The notes under the pieces: generated by a model
Told to the model about the DNA's origin: nothing
Databases searched by the model: none
Seen by the model: the letters and a program-made list of their open reading frames with translations, nothing else
In this document: positions 49,445-63,776 of the stretch, in pieces
How the letters are laid out: the number at the start of each line of letters is the position of its first letter
Numbering within the stretch: position 1 is the first letter of the stretch
Assembly (NCBI RefSeq): GCF_000143415.4
Contig: NW_003314261.1
Coordinates: 1,998,117-2,062,116 of the forward strand
Length of the DNA: 64,000 nt
Origin: Selaginella moellendorffii
Taxonomy: Eukaryota; Plantae; Lycopodiophyta
Direction: 5' to 3'
Translations under genes and position numbers: made by a program

Positions 49445-52400
49445 TTAAAGAAGTTGACTATAGAATCTTCCAGCTGATTAAAATTTGAATCTGTAAGTTT
49501 CACAAGCAGTACTTAGCCAAATGCTAACAATTGAATTGACATTAGTGTTGAGTTCAACAGTGAAACTACCAAGCCTGGTTGCAATGATTGTTCATTCCTT
49601 TGCCAGGAACCCTATAGCACTCACCAATACTATAAAAGAGGAAATTTTTATTTATTGTCTTCTGTTTCTAAATGAGTGGGAAAATACTAACCATAAAAAA
49701 TTTTTAGACTAAAAAAAAGAATCTTATTAAAAATAAATATAACAATATAGAAAACAACAAACAAGATGATTTTATTAGAGAGAATAAAATTAATTGATGA
49801 TTTTTTAAAAGATATGAGGTCCAAGTGTACCACTATAATACCATATACTAATATTAGTATAGTGGGATTTTGGTAGCCATCAAATTGGTTTTAATCCGAA
49901 CTACTCATTCCTATATATAAATTAGGGTTTATTAGGTAATTGATTATATATATTTCCTGTATTTTCTTTCCATATTCCATACTCTCAGATTGGTGAAGAT
50001 AGGGGGTTAGCTTTGATTATCCCTGAGAATTGTTTAGATTTGGAAATTTTTGGTTTAGATTTAGCTTTTGCATTGTTTATATCTCCTTTTTTTCTATATT
50101 TTTCCATTTCTTTTCTTTTGCTCTTTCTTTTTCATTCATCTTTATAGCAAAGTAGTAATCTCCTCCTTCTTTTACTTTGGAGCAGCAGTTAATGCAATTG
50201 CTTAATATTATGTGATTGCAATTGAATAACTAAACTCAGTTGATGATAACATTCATAATGCATGGTATAGCTCCTCTTGCTCTTGCTACCAATCCTTAAA
50301 TTTAGCTAAAGTTTTTCTATAGAAATCCTAAAGATGATGTATACCATTGGTTTGATCACTTCATAATGAATGCCACATATCATTTTTAGGATGATGCTCA
50401 ATATTTACGTGAATTTCCTATATGTTTCTAAGAGACGGCATTATGGTGGTATAATGGTTTGAGCATAGCCACTTATGAGGTTTGAAGTATTCTCCTGGAT
50501 GTCTTCAAATGCATATTTAGATATGTTAATGATTGTGATAATACCTTTTAACAATTGCATCGTCTTTGTTAAAAGCCATTTAAGTCGGTGATGTAGTTTG
50601 GCATTCGTTTCCAAAGCCTCTTACTTTGTGTAGAGCCAAATATATCAGAATAAATCAAGTTAGAAATGTTGTAGCCAGCACTTGGTCAAAATCTTGTAGA
50701 ACTTATATATGCATTTGCTTCAGCCACCCTTGATAATGCTTTTTACCTAGTATAACATTATGAGACATTGCCTCTTTTAGTTCTCTTTGCACGTCCTCCT
50801 GCTTTCCTTCCTAGGGGAGATGGTCTTGTTGATGCTATTGTTACTTATGTTCAAAGATTAGGGCGAGGACATGGTCATGATTATGATGTCCGTTATTAGG
50901 CATATGATAAGGTTGGCCACATATATTGGTGTTGTTAACATCTTCTAGATTGGCATCCTCCATTTCCTAGGTGGAGGCCTTGGCGTTAACAATGTCTTGT
51001 TAATGTAGTTGCAGTGGAAGATTTTGACACAGAGATTCTTTTGAGAAACAAGAAGTCACATAAGTAGTGAAGGGTCCTTACGTGAATAAGTCAATAATCC
51101 CTTTATCTTTCTTTCAAGAGTACCATCAAGGTTCACTTGGCATTAGTTCATCTAATATTTACATTTGAAGCTCATTTTTATAACAAAAGGTTTCTTATTA
51201 TTCTTTCTATATTGGTTGATATATACTTGAGTTCTACTCAGCCTATTGCCACATGCTGCCATCTATAGTTGCATTATGTGAAAGAGCTAGTTTTCATTTT
51301 GTATGGCAATGGGTATACATATACATGTACATAGGATGAGGCAGACCTAGCGATGTGTGTGGGTAATTTTGAGTTTGAGCTATAGTTATTGTAGGTGGTG
51401 CCAAGTCAAAGTTTTGACCTCATCCTTGGTATAGATTGGTTGTTGTGCAATCATACTAAGTATGACTTTGAGGCTTCTCCCCCTTATTTCATACTTTTTT
51501 ATATTTCTTTTATTCCTCTTACTTTTATTCCTCGTCATCTTTTTACTTTTACTTCTACTTCCATTACTTTTATCTTTCCATTATTTCCTTTTATGTTTCC
51601 ATCTTGATCCTTTGTTCCCTCTTTTGATCTCTTCTATAGTCTTTGTGTCGCAGTTGTGGAATGATTTAAAGAGTATATTAATCTCTTTAACTTTGACTTA
51701 TCATCTATAGCCAGAATTGCAACATTCCAACTAGGGATGTTTGTCCAATCAAGGTTTTTATTTGACATTAGTCACCAAAGGAAATCAAGATTTTACTCAC
51801 AAACGTCAAAGAGATATTAATGAAAGGTGTTATTAAAAAGTCTTAAAGTCCTTGGGCATGTGAACTTCATCTTATGACGAAGCTTAATAAGAGTATTTAC
51901 TTATGCATTGCATATTATTTATTAAATAAGGTGACTATCCTAAATATGTACCCTCTTCTTCACACTATTGATCTTCTAAATTGTTTAAGGAGAAGTTGTT
52001 GGCTCACTAAGTTATATCTTGCTTTTAGGTACTAGCAAGTACTGATGGCTGAGAAAAATGTTCATTACATTATTTTTCATACACAATTTCATTTTTACGA
52101 GTTCTTGGTGATACTATTTGGTTTAAATAATGTTTTAACAACTTTCCAATAAATGATGGATAAAGCATTTTGTGATAGCTAAAGGTGACTAATGGCTTCA
52201 TTAATGATTTTTCATCCACTTTGAAGGGATATGAAAAGAACACACCTATAATGTTTGTAACTATTGGATCAGCTGTAAAATATTGATTCAAAGCTGAAGT
52301 AGTTAAAGTGTGTGTTTGGGTCCAAAAACATGATTTATCTTGGGTACCATATTTCTCGTAAAGGTTTATAAGCCATTTGATCCTCTCTTTTTTATGTTCA

Positions 52401-52755
52401 ACTTTTTCCCAACTTTTTGATATTTCTTAGTCTGAGCCACTGTTACATATTCTTAGTGTTTTTTCCTCAGTTAGAGTATTTCCTTCACCTGATATATCAA
52501 TCATTTGTGACTTTTATGATTTTCATTCTTAATTTGGTTTTGAGTTAAATGTTTTCTCCTCTTTATATTAATTTGGATATTAAGAGTATAAGTGAAGTGA
52601 GATTTTTGTTTTGTTTCATTAGTCAAAAGTCTTTGATCAATTCTAGTGTTAAATATTTTCTTGTTTCAAGGGATGAGTCACTTTTACCAAAGTTTTAAGT
52701 TGAGCATATATCCTAGCTGTGAGTGCTACTAAAAGCTTTTGTTTTATAATTATTG

Positions 52756-53050
52756 TTAAATGCTTTATTTCGTTAAAGTGGAATTTTTCATTATCCCACT
52801 TATGGTGTGTGGCCACATGCCATTTTTATAACAACAATAAAAAATTGAAGTTTTAGCTTTATAATTTATAAATTAAAAACTTTTCTTATGATTTTGTGTT
52901 ATAATATTGTGAAATATAAAAAATAAATTAAAAAACTCATAGAAATATTAATAAATATTAATTAAGTACTAGGAAATGGCATGTGGACACATGCTAATTA
53001 ATGTCCCACTTTACTGAATAAGTTCCACTTTAACAAAATAAAGCATTTAA
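52756..53050. mobile_element. MITE with about 31-bp TIRs
   Basis: ttaaatgctttatttcgttaaagtggaa ... ttccactttaacaaaataaagcatttaa. Inner inverted pair gtgtggccacatgccattt / aaatggcatgtggacacat. TTAA at both ends. Confidence 0.8.
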
Positions 53051-53379
53051 GGAGTTTATGTATTCTCTTGAGAGTGGGACTTTTTAATTAATTTTCTTAT
53101 CTCAAATGTTGAGTTGTGAAATTAGCTATATAAGTACCAACATTTCATATTTATAATTTTAAATATAAATTATAAAAATTGTGATTAATAAATATATCTA
53201 AATATTTTAAGTAAGATTTTCTTATCAGTTTTTATTAAGAAAAAATATTAAGTACAACATAGTTTTATCTTGTATCTACAGATGATATATACTGGTCTAA
53301 ATTATTTTTTGAAGGTTTAAACTTAACCCCTTATAAATATAATTGAGCTATCTTGCCTAGGTAATATGTTGATTATAGT

Positions 53380-53510
53380 ACTATAGCATATCAATTTGGG
53401 ATTGAATTTGATCCATCCATTTTTTCATATAAGAAAGGGTCTAAACCCTAATTAATATACTTATTTCTATATCTTGAGCACTCATATTAGTGGAGGTAAG
53501 AGGTATTGCA
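53380..53510 (+). repeat. Additional degenerate LTR end plus PBS of the short-LTR Gypsy family
   Basis: gcactcatattagtggaggtaagaggta resembles cactcacattggtggaggtgagaggta at 62377. Confidence 0.5.
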
Positions 53511-56049
53511 ATTTGTCTTTGAAAGCAAAAGTTTTTAGCAATGCTTTGCTCAATATTCAGAATTATGCTTTTTATTCTTATTTCTTTGTTCTCTTTTACA
53601 CTTGACATTTTATTTTAAGTGTGGATATTTCTGATATCAATCTTGGTGGTATGTTAATTCAAAAGAGTTTGAGTGTGCCTAATCAACATCATTCTATTAC
53701 ATACATAAGCCATACATTACCACTAGTAGAAATGAATTACTCCACAGTAGAGAAAGAGTATTTAACAGTACTTTAGGGTTTCAAAAAGCTTCATGCATAT
53801 TTGCATAGTTCTTGGACATTATTAAAAAGTGATCATGTTGCGGTTACTTTATTATTGAAGTGGAAAAATTTAATTGATCATACTACTTGATAGACTCTAA
53901 AACTTTAAATATATGATATTGAGGTTGTTTATTGTCAAAGGAATTTTATGGTTGATGCTAGTGCCCTTTTTCAACCTCCTCTCCCTTCTCCACTCTTTTC
54001 TAATGTTTCTGACGAACATATTATTCCACCATTAATGGATTTTCTAGATGAGGATTTTATGATGTTAGTGGTTGTTATATATGATGTTCAATGTTCATAA
54101 AGTGTGGAACAAGATTTACCATCTTTTGATAAATTTTGTTAGGTTCAAAAAGCTAAGTTGTGGATTCAAAAGTTTCATAAGGGGTTTAATAATCTTACAT
54201 CAGTTATTGATGACTTGTTATTTTAGCATTTACATTCTTAATATCATCTTATGAACAACTATTTTTATTTTTTGAGGACAAATCTTGGTTTCTGGTGTTT
54301 TAATATTTATTCCATGTTTTTTCCATACCCACTATGACTCTCTTATTCTTGATAGGCATATGAAACATCAACATGTGACTAAGAAGTTGCATAAGTTTTT
54401 CAATTAGCTAGAGATGCAACATGATATTATCTAATATGTATATAGTTGCATTTAGTGTTAAACTTGTAATACTCCCCCTTATATTGAGAAAGAACAATTA
54501 GAGTTAACTGAAATTTCCTATTTATTTGAATTGATGGCATTTGGTCTAATCAGGCCTTTTTTATAGTTAACTACTAGCAATGAGTATATTATTATTGTTT
54601 CTGACAACTTGACTTGCTAGGTGGAAGTTGGTGCTTTTATTAGTGTGTTTACAATTGCTATTAAATACTTCTTTCTCAATCAAATTGTGTTTCAACAATT
54701 TTATCCAAAGAAGATTCTCTTTAATAATAGTCCCATATTTATGCCTAAGGTATTTCACCTTTTAACATCTGGATTGGGGATATGCCACACTTTCACAAGT
54801 GCTTATTATCCATAGATAAATGGTTTGATGGAATGGTTCATTCAAACTTCCAAAAGAATAATCACAAAATACATGAACTTTCAACATTTGGATTGAGATG
54901 GTTATTTATTATTTCTTTGGCATGCATATATTATAGGGGTATAGAGTTTCGTTGGTGCTTCACCATAAAAACTCTTATATGGTTATGATTTAATAATGCC
55001 AATAGAGTTGAGTTTGCCTTCACAATTGTCACAAGCTACCAATGTTAGGTCATAGGATCAGTATTTGATGAGCATTCTTCCACTTATATGAGCATAGTTT
55101 GCTGAAAACTTGAGTTGCATACAAGTGGGACAATAATGGCATTACAACTCCCATTATTGTCCATGAGTGATGTATAAAGTGAATGATTTGATACTAGTCC
55201 GTTTTCTCAATCTTATGGTATATAGTTTGTCTAAAGGGCTCTTTGCTCAGTGGAAGGGATTGTATTAGATGTTGTGGCAATTTAGATTGCAAGTTTATGA
55301 AGTTTGGCATGACATTCAACAGACCAATACCCTAAAAATTGTGTATATGTAATAGGTGAAATGATTTATACAAAGGGATCAAGAACAACTAGTACCACCT
55401 ATAAATTCATTGATGTCTTCTCTTGATGTTCCTCCAGATCCCAACTAGTCAACCAAAAATTGCCTTCCATCCTTTCTAAAGGAGGGGATGATGTGAGGTC
55501 TAAGTTTATGGCTATGATGCTATATATTAATATTAATGTAATGGGACTTTGATAGGTATCGGATTGGTTTCAATCTAGGCCACCCACTCTTATATATAAG
55601 CTAGGGTTTTTGGGTTAATTAATATGCATATTTTTGTATTCTATTTCTATATTCCATACACTCACACTATATGCTTAAATTGTTGTAACACACATATATG
55701 ATTCACAAATCTATGTTTTAAACACAATTTTTTCTTTATATATGGTAATGCCCACCATGTATATATGGCAAAGTTTAGATTAGGGCCATATATGCAATTT
55801 TTTGCACTGCATAAATTTCAACTCTACACCAGATCTTTTTTTATATCAACAAGATTTAGACTTAGGGCTTTTGGATGTGATATTTTCTAGTACGAAAATT
55901 AGATTTTTGAGCATAGCTTAGATATTGTGGGCTAAATTTGCCATCATTGTGTATTTGGGATTGTTTCCTTAGTGAGGGTAATGAAAAACACTTTGTGTGA
56001 AAAACCATTACAATACTAAAAACTTTCCTTATTGTAGCTATAACAAGAT

Positions 56050-56850
56050 CCACTTACTTGCAGTGTATTTGATTCATTTGAAATCCACTTGAGAATAAGT
56101 AATATAGGGCAACATCAGAACTACTTCAAGCCATACAGTCCAATGGTTGTATCCTAAATTCTCGAAGCTATATGACTACTCTCAAGCTATACTTGAGTCT
56201 TGCTGCTAGATAAGAAAGCAAGGAGATGGATGGAATTTTCATGAAACTAGTGGCATTGGAGTAAGGCATGGCTTGCACTGTTAAGCAACTCAAAGAAGCA
56301 AAAGCGCCAATGGGGACTCAAAGCTTGCAACAACATTAAGCTTGGCAATTGGGATGAAGAGCACATGCAAAAATTTGCCACTATGGACTAGAGAGCAATC
56401 AAGTCATAGTGATGTGCTTGATCAACTTCTATGGCAAAGTTGGAAGTGTGGTCTTTGCTCAACAAGTTTTCAATTCAATGCCATTGGAAGATCTTGTGAC
56501 CTGGATGGCACTTATAGCTGGATACAGTCCCCAAGAACACACTATCTCCATGTTTGAAAGCTTTCATAACATGTAAGATCTCAGCCTTCATCCCAATAGC
56601 TTTACATTTCTCTCAATCATTAGCACTTGTAGCCATATGGGGCTTGTAAAATAGGGAAAAGAGTGTATATATGCAATGGAGATGAAATATGGGATCTATC
56701 TTGGATATGAGTACTACCATGGAGTAATTGATCTCTTGGGATGAATAAACCATTTAGATGAGGCAATGATGGTGTTTGAATCTATGCCTCTAGAGCTGAG
56801 CTATCTAACTTGGACTACCATTCTGATTATGTTGAAGATGTGCTCACAAA
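56050..56850 (+). pseudogene. PLS-class pentatricopeptide repeat pseudogene fragment
   Basis: YGKVGSVVFAQQVFNSMPLEDLVTWMALIAGY; PNSFTFLSIISTCSHMGLVK*G; YHGVIDLLG*INHLDEAMMVFESMP...TWTTIL. Stops and frameshifts are present. Confidence 0.85.
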
Positions 56851-57600
56851 AGAGCACTTTGGGTGCTTGGTGGATGCAGTCAGACAGGTGGCTGATCAAT
56901 ACAAAAATTAACATTTGCATGCTTGCTAAAGGAATAAAAGTTAGTGGCTATGACTAAGAAAGTATCAACTAAACACTCCATTGTAATTTGTGATGCTGTA
57001 ACGAGACAAGAATCTCCCATTCAATACCTCAATTTAGTGATAATGCTTCTTGTCCCATTACTCCATAGATTACTCATCTTTACATAACATTGTAAAAGGA
57101 AAAGGAGAGTTGTGGAATATTTATCTCACATTATATAAATTAGTATTGCATTCTTGCTCATGTAAAGTCTATGTTGTGTACTTGCTCACATAAAACCCTT
57201 GTAAGATTTGCAGTGACATCATGTTGTCTGGGATAATATGACATTAGTTTTACATTGCAATCTGAGATGTCATACACCATGCATATATGGTATAGCCCAT
57301 AACAAAAATATTATACACACAATCACATTTTGATTGTTTATATAACAATTGTAAACTGATTATGTGTATTATATTTTTTCATACAACTCAAAATAAAAAA
57401 ATAAATCCTCACTTATGTAAATATATAATACTCTCATACGCAATCATATATTAGTTGCCATACATATACAACCAAAACAAAAAAAATGTAGATGTTGCCT
57501 AATATTTACTTCTATTTCATTTGTAAAGACTATCTTTAATTCTTGTTTGATATTTAAAATTAAATTAAAAAATAAATATAAATTTAAAAAATAGATACTT

Positions 57601-60600
57601 TGTGAGTGCTTGGAATATGGAAAGGGAATACAGAAAATGTGCATATCAATTAGCCTAAAAACCCTAGCTTATATATAGGAGCGAGTTGTCCAAATTGAAA
57701 CTAATTCGACAATTACTAAAATCCCACTATACTAAAATTAGTATATGGCATCGTAGCTATACACTTGGACCTTATCATCCCCTCCGCTCAGAATAATGGA
57801 AGACCATTAAGGTTCTCTTGTAGATGGGCCGGGATCTGGAGGAACATCAGGAGGAGGCATCAGTGGATTTGTAGGTGGTCTCAGTTATTCCTGACCCCTT
57901 TGTATGAAACATTTCAATTGTTGCACATGCACAATTTTTGGAGGATCTGCCTGCTGGATATTATGCTGAACCTCATAAACTTGCAGTCCAACTTGCTGCA
58001 ACATTTTATATGGTCCTTTCCACTAAGCAAAGAGCCCCTTAAATAAACCATGTACTGTAAGATGGGGAAAACGGACTAACACTAAGTCATCCACTTTATA
58101 CTCTGTAGGTGGACAATGATGGGAATTGTAATGTCGTTGTTGTCCCACTTGTACGTGGCCTAAGTGTTCAGCAAACTCTGCTTAGACAAGTGGAAGAATG
58201 CTTGTCAAATACTAATCCCACGACCTAGCATTGGTAGCTCGTGGCAATCGTGAAGGTAAATCTAACTATGTTGGTAATATTGGATCATGACCATATAAAA
58301 GTTTATATGGTGAAGCACCAACAGAATTCTACACCCCTGTGACATATGCATACTAAAGAGACGGCAAATAACCATCCCAATCTGAATGCTAAAAGTTCAT
58401 CTACTTCACAATCATTCCTTTAAATGTCCGAATGAGCCGTTCCACTAAACCGTCTGACTGTGGATGATAAGCACTGGTGAAAGTGTGGCGTATCCCCAAC
58501 TGAGACGTCAAAACTTGACATGCCACAACCATAAATATGGGACCATTATCCGAAAGAATCCACTCCGGACAAGAATGTTAGAACACCACTTGATTGAGGA
58601 GGAAGTATCCAACAGCAGTTGCAAAGGCACTAGCAAAAGCACCAACTTCCACCCAACGAGTCAAATAGTCAGAAGCAAAAATAACATACTCATTGCCAAC
58701 AGTCGATTGTGGAAAAGGTCCCATAAGATCAAATGCTACCAACTCAAATGAATGTGAAATTGCAATTGACTCCAACCATTCTTCTGCAGCATAAGGGGGA
58801 GTATCATGAGCTTGGCGCCAAACGCAGCTATGCACATACTAGATAACATCACATCGCATTTCTGGCCAATAGAAATATCTACATAGCTTCTTGGTCACAT
58901 GACGATGTTCCATATGCCCACCTAGAACAAGAGAATCATGGTAAACATGGAGAAACCATAGAATAAAGATGAAAGGCGTCATTACCAGTAAAGGATCAAT
59001 AGGATCAATCCCCACAAAATAAAAAAAGCTGTCTTCAAGACGATATTGAGAATGTAAATGCTGGAATAGCAAGTCATTAGCAAGTAATGCAAGATTCTCA
59101 AACCCATCTCGAAGCCTTCAAATCTACAACTCAAGCTTTTGAGCCTCATGAATTTCATAAAAAAAGGTAGATTTTGCTCTGCACCTTGTGGACACTGAAT
59201 GTCAAGTATAGCAACCGCCAACGGCACAGAATCCTCGTCTAGAAAATCAACAAATGCCGAAACAATAGACTCGTCAGAAACATGAGAAGAGAATGGAGAA
59301 GGAAGAAGAGCTCAAGAAAGGGCATCAGCATTAACCATAAAACACCCTAGGTAATGAACAACATCAAAATTATATCTGAAGCTTCAAAGCCCACTGAGCA
59401 ATACAACTAACCAGGTCCTTTCACTTCAATAATGAAATAATGGCAACATAATCAAATTTAAGTAATGTTTGAGAACCATGTAGATATGTATAAAGTTTCT
59501 CAAAACCCCAGATTGTTGTTAAACACTCTTTTTCTGTCGTGGAGTAATTCACCTTTGCTAGTTGTAATGTATAGCTTATATACGCAATAGGATGGTGTTG
59601 ACCAGGCACACTCAGGCTCTCTTGCATCAACACACCTCTAAAACCAATATCAAAAGCATCCACATGCAAAATAAAATGTCGAGTGTAGTTAGGATATGCG
59701 AAAACCAGGGGAATCATCAAGAGCTCTTTGAGATCCACAAATGCCTGGAGACCAGATGAAAGATGACGTTGATGACTTCAGCAACACTCACAATGGTGCA
59801 GTGCAATCAAAAAGATGATCCACAAAACGATCGAGATATTGCACCTTGCCTAGGAAGCACTACACATTATTCACACACTTCGGAGTAGAGAACTTTAGAA
59901 CAGCCATAAATTTGTTATGATCAACTTGCAAACCCTTACAAAAAATGCGATACTTAAGATAAGTTGTGTCCTTAGACCCAAATATGCACTTTGACCACTT
60001 CAACTTTAAACTAATGTCCCATAGCCGATCCAACACTTTACAAACATCACAAATATGTTCTTCCCATGTCCTCTCCGAGTGGATTAAGACATCATCAATG
60101 AAGTCAACAGTCATCTTTGGCATATTACAAAGAACCTCGTCCATCATCCATTGGAAATTTGCTAGAGCATTGTTCAACCCAAACGGCATCATAAAAAATT
60201 CGTACAAACCAAATGGTGTATGAAAAACAGTTTTAGGAATATCTTCTTTGGCCATCGATATTTGCTAGTACCCAGAAGCAAGATCTAATTTGGTGAACTA
60301 ATGACTTCACCCCAAACGATCTAAGAAATCAACAGTGTGAGGAAGAGGGTATACATTCGGGATCGTCACTTTGTTTAATGGACAATAGTTAATATAGAAA
60401 TGAATACTCCCATTAAGCTTTGTCACAAGATGAGGTTCACATACCCAAAAACTCTATGATTTCCGAATATTTCCAACATCTCCTTGACGTTTGCATGATC
60501 TCTTTGGGTGACCGACGACGAATAAAAACCTTGATTGGACGAACATCCCTGGTTGGAATTGGATGACATGTGGCAATCTTGGCCCCAGATGATAAGTCAA

Positions 60601-62303
60601 ATTCAAAGAGATTAGAATACTCCTTCATGAGCCGGTCAACTGCTGCAACACAAAGATTGTTGAAGGGATCGAAAAAAGGAAGAGCATAACAAGATAGAAA
60701 CATAGAAGGAAATAGTGGGGGAACAAAAGTAATGGAAGCAGAGGTAGAAATAAAGGGATAAAAAGGTACAAAAGTGAGAAGAATGAATGAAATATAAAAA
60801 AGTATAAGATAAGGGGGAGAAGCCTCAAAGTCACACTTGGCATAATTACATCACAATCAATCCATACAAAAAATGAAGCCAAAAGCTTGACTCGACACCA
60901 CCTGCAATGATTGCAACCAGATCACCCACGCACACAACCAGGTCTGCCTCATCCCATACACATGCATGTGTACGGCCGTTGCCATAAAGAATGAAAACGC
61001 AAGTGTAAACAACAATGTGTGGCAATAGGTCGAGCAATAGAAGATAAACTCGAACTTATATCAACCAACACGGAGAGAATAATATGAGACCTCTAGTTAT
61101 AAAAATGAGCTTGGAAAGTAAACACTGGATGAATTGGTGCTAAGTGAACCTCTTGATGATACTCCCAAAAGAAAGATGGAGGGGGCATTGACTTATTCGC
61201 GTAAGGTCCCTCCGTTACTCGTGCGACTTCTTGTTTCTCGGATGCATCTCGGTGTTCAGACCTTCCACTGCAATAGCACCAACAGGACGTTGTTAACGCC
61301 AAGGTCTCCATCTAGGAAATAGAGGTCGTTAATCTGGAAAATGCCCACAATGTCGATAAGTATGACCAACATCATCACATACTCAGTAGCAAATATCATG
61401 ACCACAACCACGTCCTTGCCCTTATCTTTAGACTCGAGCAACAACAGTAGCATCAACCTCCATTGGAACATGACCATCGCTCATAGGAAGTGGAGTGGAA
61501 GGACGTGTAACAAGAAGTGGAAGAGGTGATATTTCATAACATTATGCCAAGCAAAGAACATCTTCAAGGGTGGCTAGAGCAAGTGCATCCATAAGTCCAA
61601 CAAAATTTTGACGAAGTGCTGGCCACCACAAACTTAACATGATCCGCTCCAACATATTTAACTCGACACAAAGCAAAAGGCTTCAGAAATGAATGCCAAA
61701 TTGCATCACTAATTCAAATGGCCCATGACAAAGATGATGCAATTATTGGAAAGCATCATCACAATCATCAACATATCTGAATGTGTGAAAATGTCCGGGA
61801 AAACACTCCAATCCCCACGAGTGGCTGCACTCAAACCATTATACCATTGTAGCGCCATCCCTTGGAGACACGTGGGAAACTCATATAAACGTTGAGTATT
61901 ATCCCAAAAATGATAGGTGGCAATTACAATGAAGTGATTGAACCAATGGTACACATCATCTCCAGGATTTCCACGAAAGAACTTTGGCCGAACACGAGGA
62001 TTAACACCAAGAGCAAGAGGAGTTATACCATATGCTGTGAATGCTACCATCAACTAAGTGTGGTTGTTTAATTGCAATTGCATTGCATCAAACAATTGCA
62101 CCAATTGCTGCTCCAGAGTTAAAGGACGAGATTATTACTCTGCCGTGAAGATGAATAAAAAGGAAAAAACAAAAGAAGGGAAATGATAAAAAAACTAGAA
62201 GGAAAGGGAGATTTAGACAATGGAAAAGTTAGATCTAAACCAAAGTCCTGAAAGGAAAGAACAAAATAAAGGAAATTGGAAAAAACTAAATTTAGACAAC
62301 TCA
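57601..62303 (-). mobile_element. Ty3/Gypsy retrotransposon, same family, less decayed, 5' LTR missing
   Basis: 3' LTR 57601-57775 with PPT. Integrase FELVAFDLMGPFP (58578-58835), RNaseH FILHVDA...NYSTTEKECL (59421-59738), RT KTVFHTPFGLYEF.MMPFGLNNA...FIDDVLI (59860-60255), gag PKFFRGNPGDDV (61709-62053). Confidence 0.92.
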
Positions 62304-62465
62304 CTCTTGTATATAAATTATAGTTTTTGGGCTAATTGATATGCATATTTTTTGTATTCCCTTTCTATATTCCAAACACTCACATTGGTGGAGGTGAGAG
62401 GTACCTTTCATTGTTCTTGAGGAGTGCTTGGATTTGGGATTTTGGTTTAAATTTAGCTTTTGTAT
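62304..62465 (+). repeat. Plus-strand LTR 3' half, PBS (TGGTGGAGGTG, tRNA-Ala-like) and leader fragment
   Basis: Matches 49910-50070 and 55590-55666. Confidence 0.75.
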
Positions 62466-63660
62466 CACAGCTCTTAAATAATAAATAAACTTAATAATAT
62501 TAAGTAAAAATACTCAAATATAAAAATAAAATTAATTTAGATGAATATATTGAATTTTTAGTTTGTTGGGGAGTAGATATACCTAGAATATATTTAGATA
62601 TTTTGGGATATTCTACCATCTAATAGATGTTATTCATTTAAAATAAACTTGTAGTTATAGTTATAAACCTTTCTGGTATATACTAGTCTATTCTACAGTC
62701 TTATGTGATAAAATTAATCTTGTAACTATCAAATGGATAAATAAATAATATTAAAATATTATTAAGTAAACCAAACATTGCTAAATACAAATAGCATATA
62801 GTATGCTTATATACTAAACTCTATTGCATATCATATTCTTCATTCTGCACATTATTTACAAGATTTGACAAATTAATAACCTATACAGCATTGCATAATA
62901 TCATTCTTAAATAAAGTATTTTATTAATATCAAATCCTATATCTTTTATATTTTTAATATTAATTTTGAATTAAATATAGTTTATAATTTTGAACATAGT
63001 TGTAATTTAATACTTATATGTATAGTTATACTAAGGTCCAAGTTCTGTTTTAAAGTTTTTGTTTATATGTTAAATTAGAGTAAATATAAAATTTTCATAT
63101 CTTCCCAAAACATAATTTTATTAATTCTTGTAACTACAAGAAAGGTAATACATATACATACATATATTTATCAACTTTACATCTATAATTTCTAAAATTA
63201 GATAACTTTACAATTCATGGCAATATATGCTCTTCTAATTTCTATTACATTTGAAATTTTATCAGGTTAATATTTTGTGCATACAACCATGATACATTCA
63301 AAATGTTGCAGATTGGCTTTTATTTAAATTTCTCAACTGCAAAATTAATAGATAAGATATATGTAGCAAATTATTTTCTTATAGAATACATAATATTACT
63401 ATATTTACAAGATTAATTAATTACTTAATACCATTTCCATATTAATATAAATTTGAAAAGTTCTTTTTTATCTCTATGATTTCTTTTTTTTTTCTTTCCA
63501 GCCATATTTCACTAAAAAATGAACCTAGTACATGTAACAGAAAAACATTTTGCCATAACAAATTACTAAATATAAGTTGTAGATATTGTTTAATTTCTTG
63601 GGTAAAGCCAAATAAGTGACAAAAATTATGGAATATCAACTTAATATTATCAACTGTTCC

Positions 63661-63776
63661 AAAGAGGGAATGATGTGAGTTTGCATGCTATTATAATAGG
63701 GCCACACTCCTATATATAAGTTGAGGATTTTGGGCTAATCCAATGTGCACATTTATGCACACATTTATGACTCACA
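63661..63776 (+). repeat. PPT plus internally deleted LTR remnant
   Basis: aaagagggaatga-TGTGAG...ctcctatatataag...ttttgggctaat...ctcaCA. Confidence 0.55.

Larger units (their letters stand above)
49813..55666 (+). mobile_element. Heavily decayed Ty3/Gypsy LTR retrotransposon with about 175-bp LTRs (49813-49987, 55492-55666), containing nested inserts
   Basis: Similar LTRs, PBS-like tggtgaagat after the 5' LTR, PPT aaggaggggatga. Gag, protease (FDLILGIDWL), RT, RNaseH (NYSTVEKE) and integrase relics are collinear with the reverse complement of 57601-62300. Confidence 0.85.
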
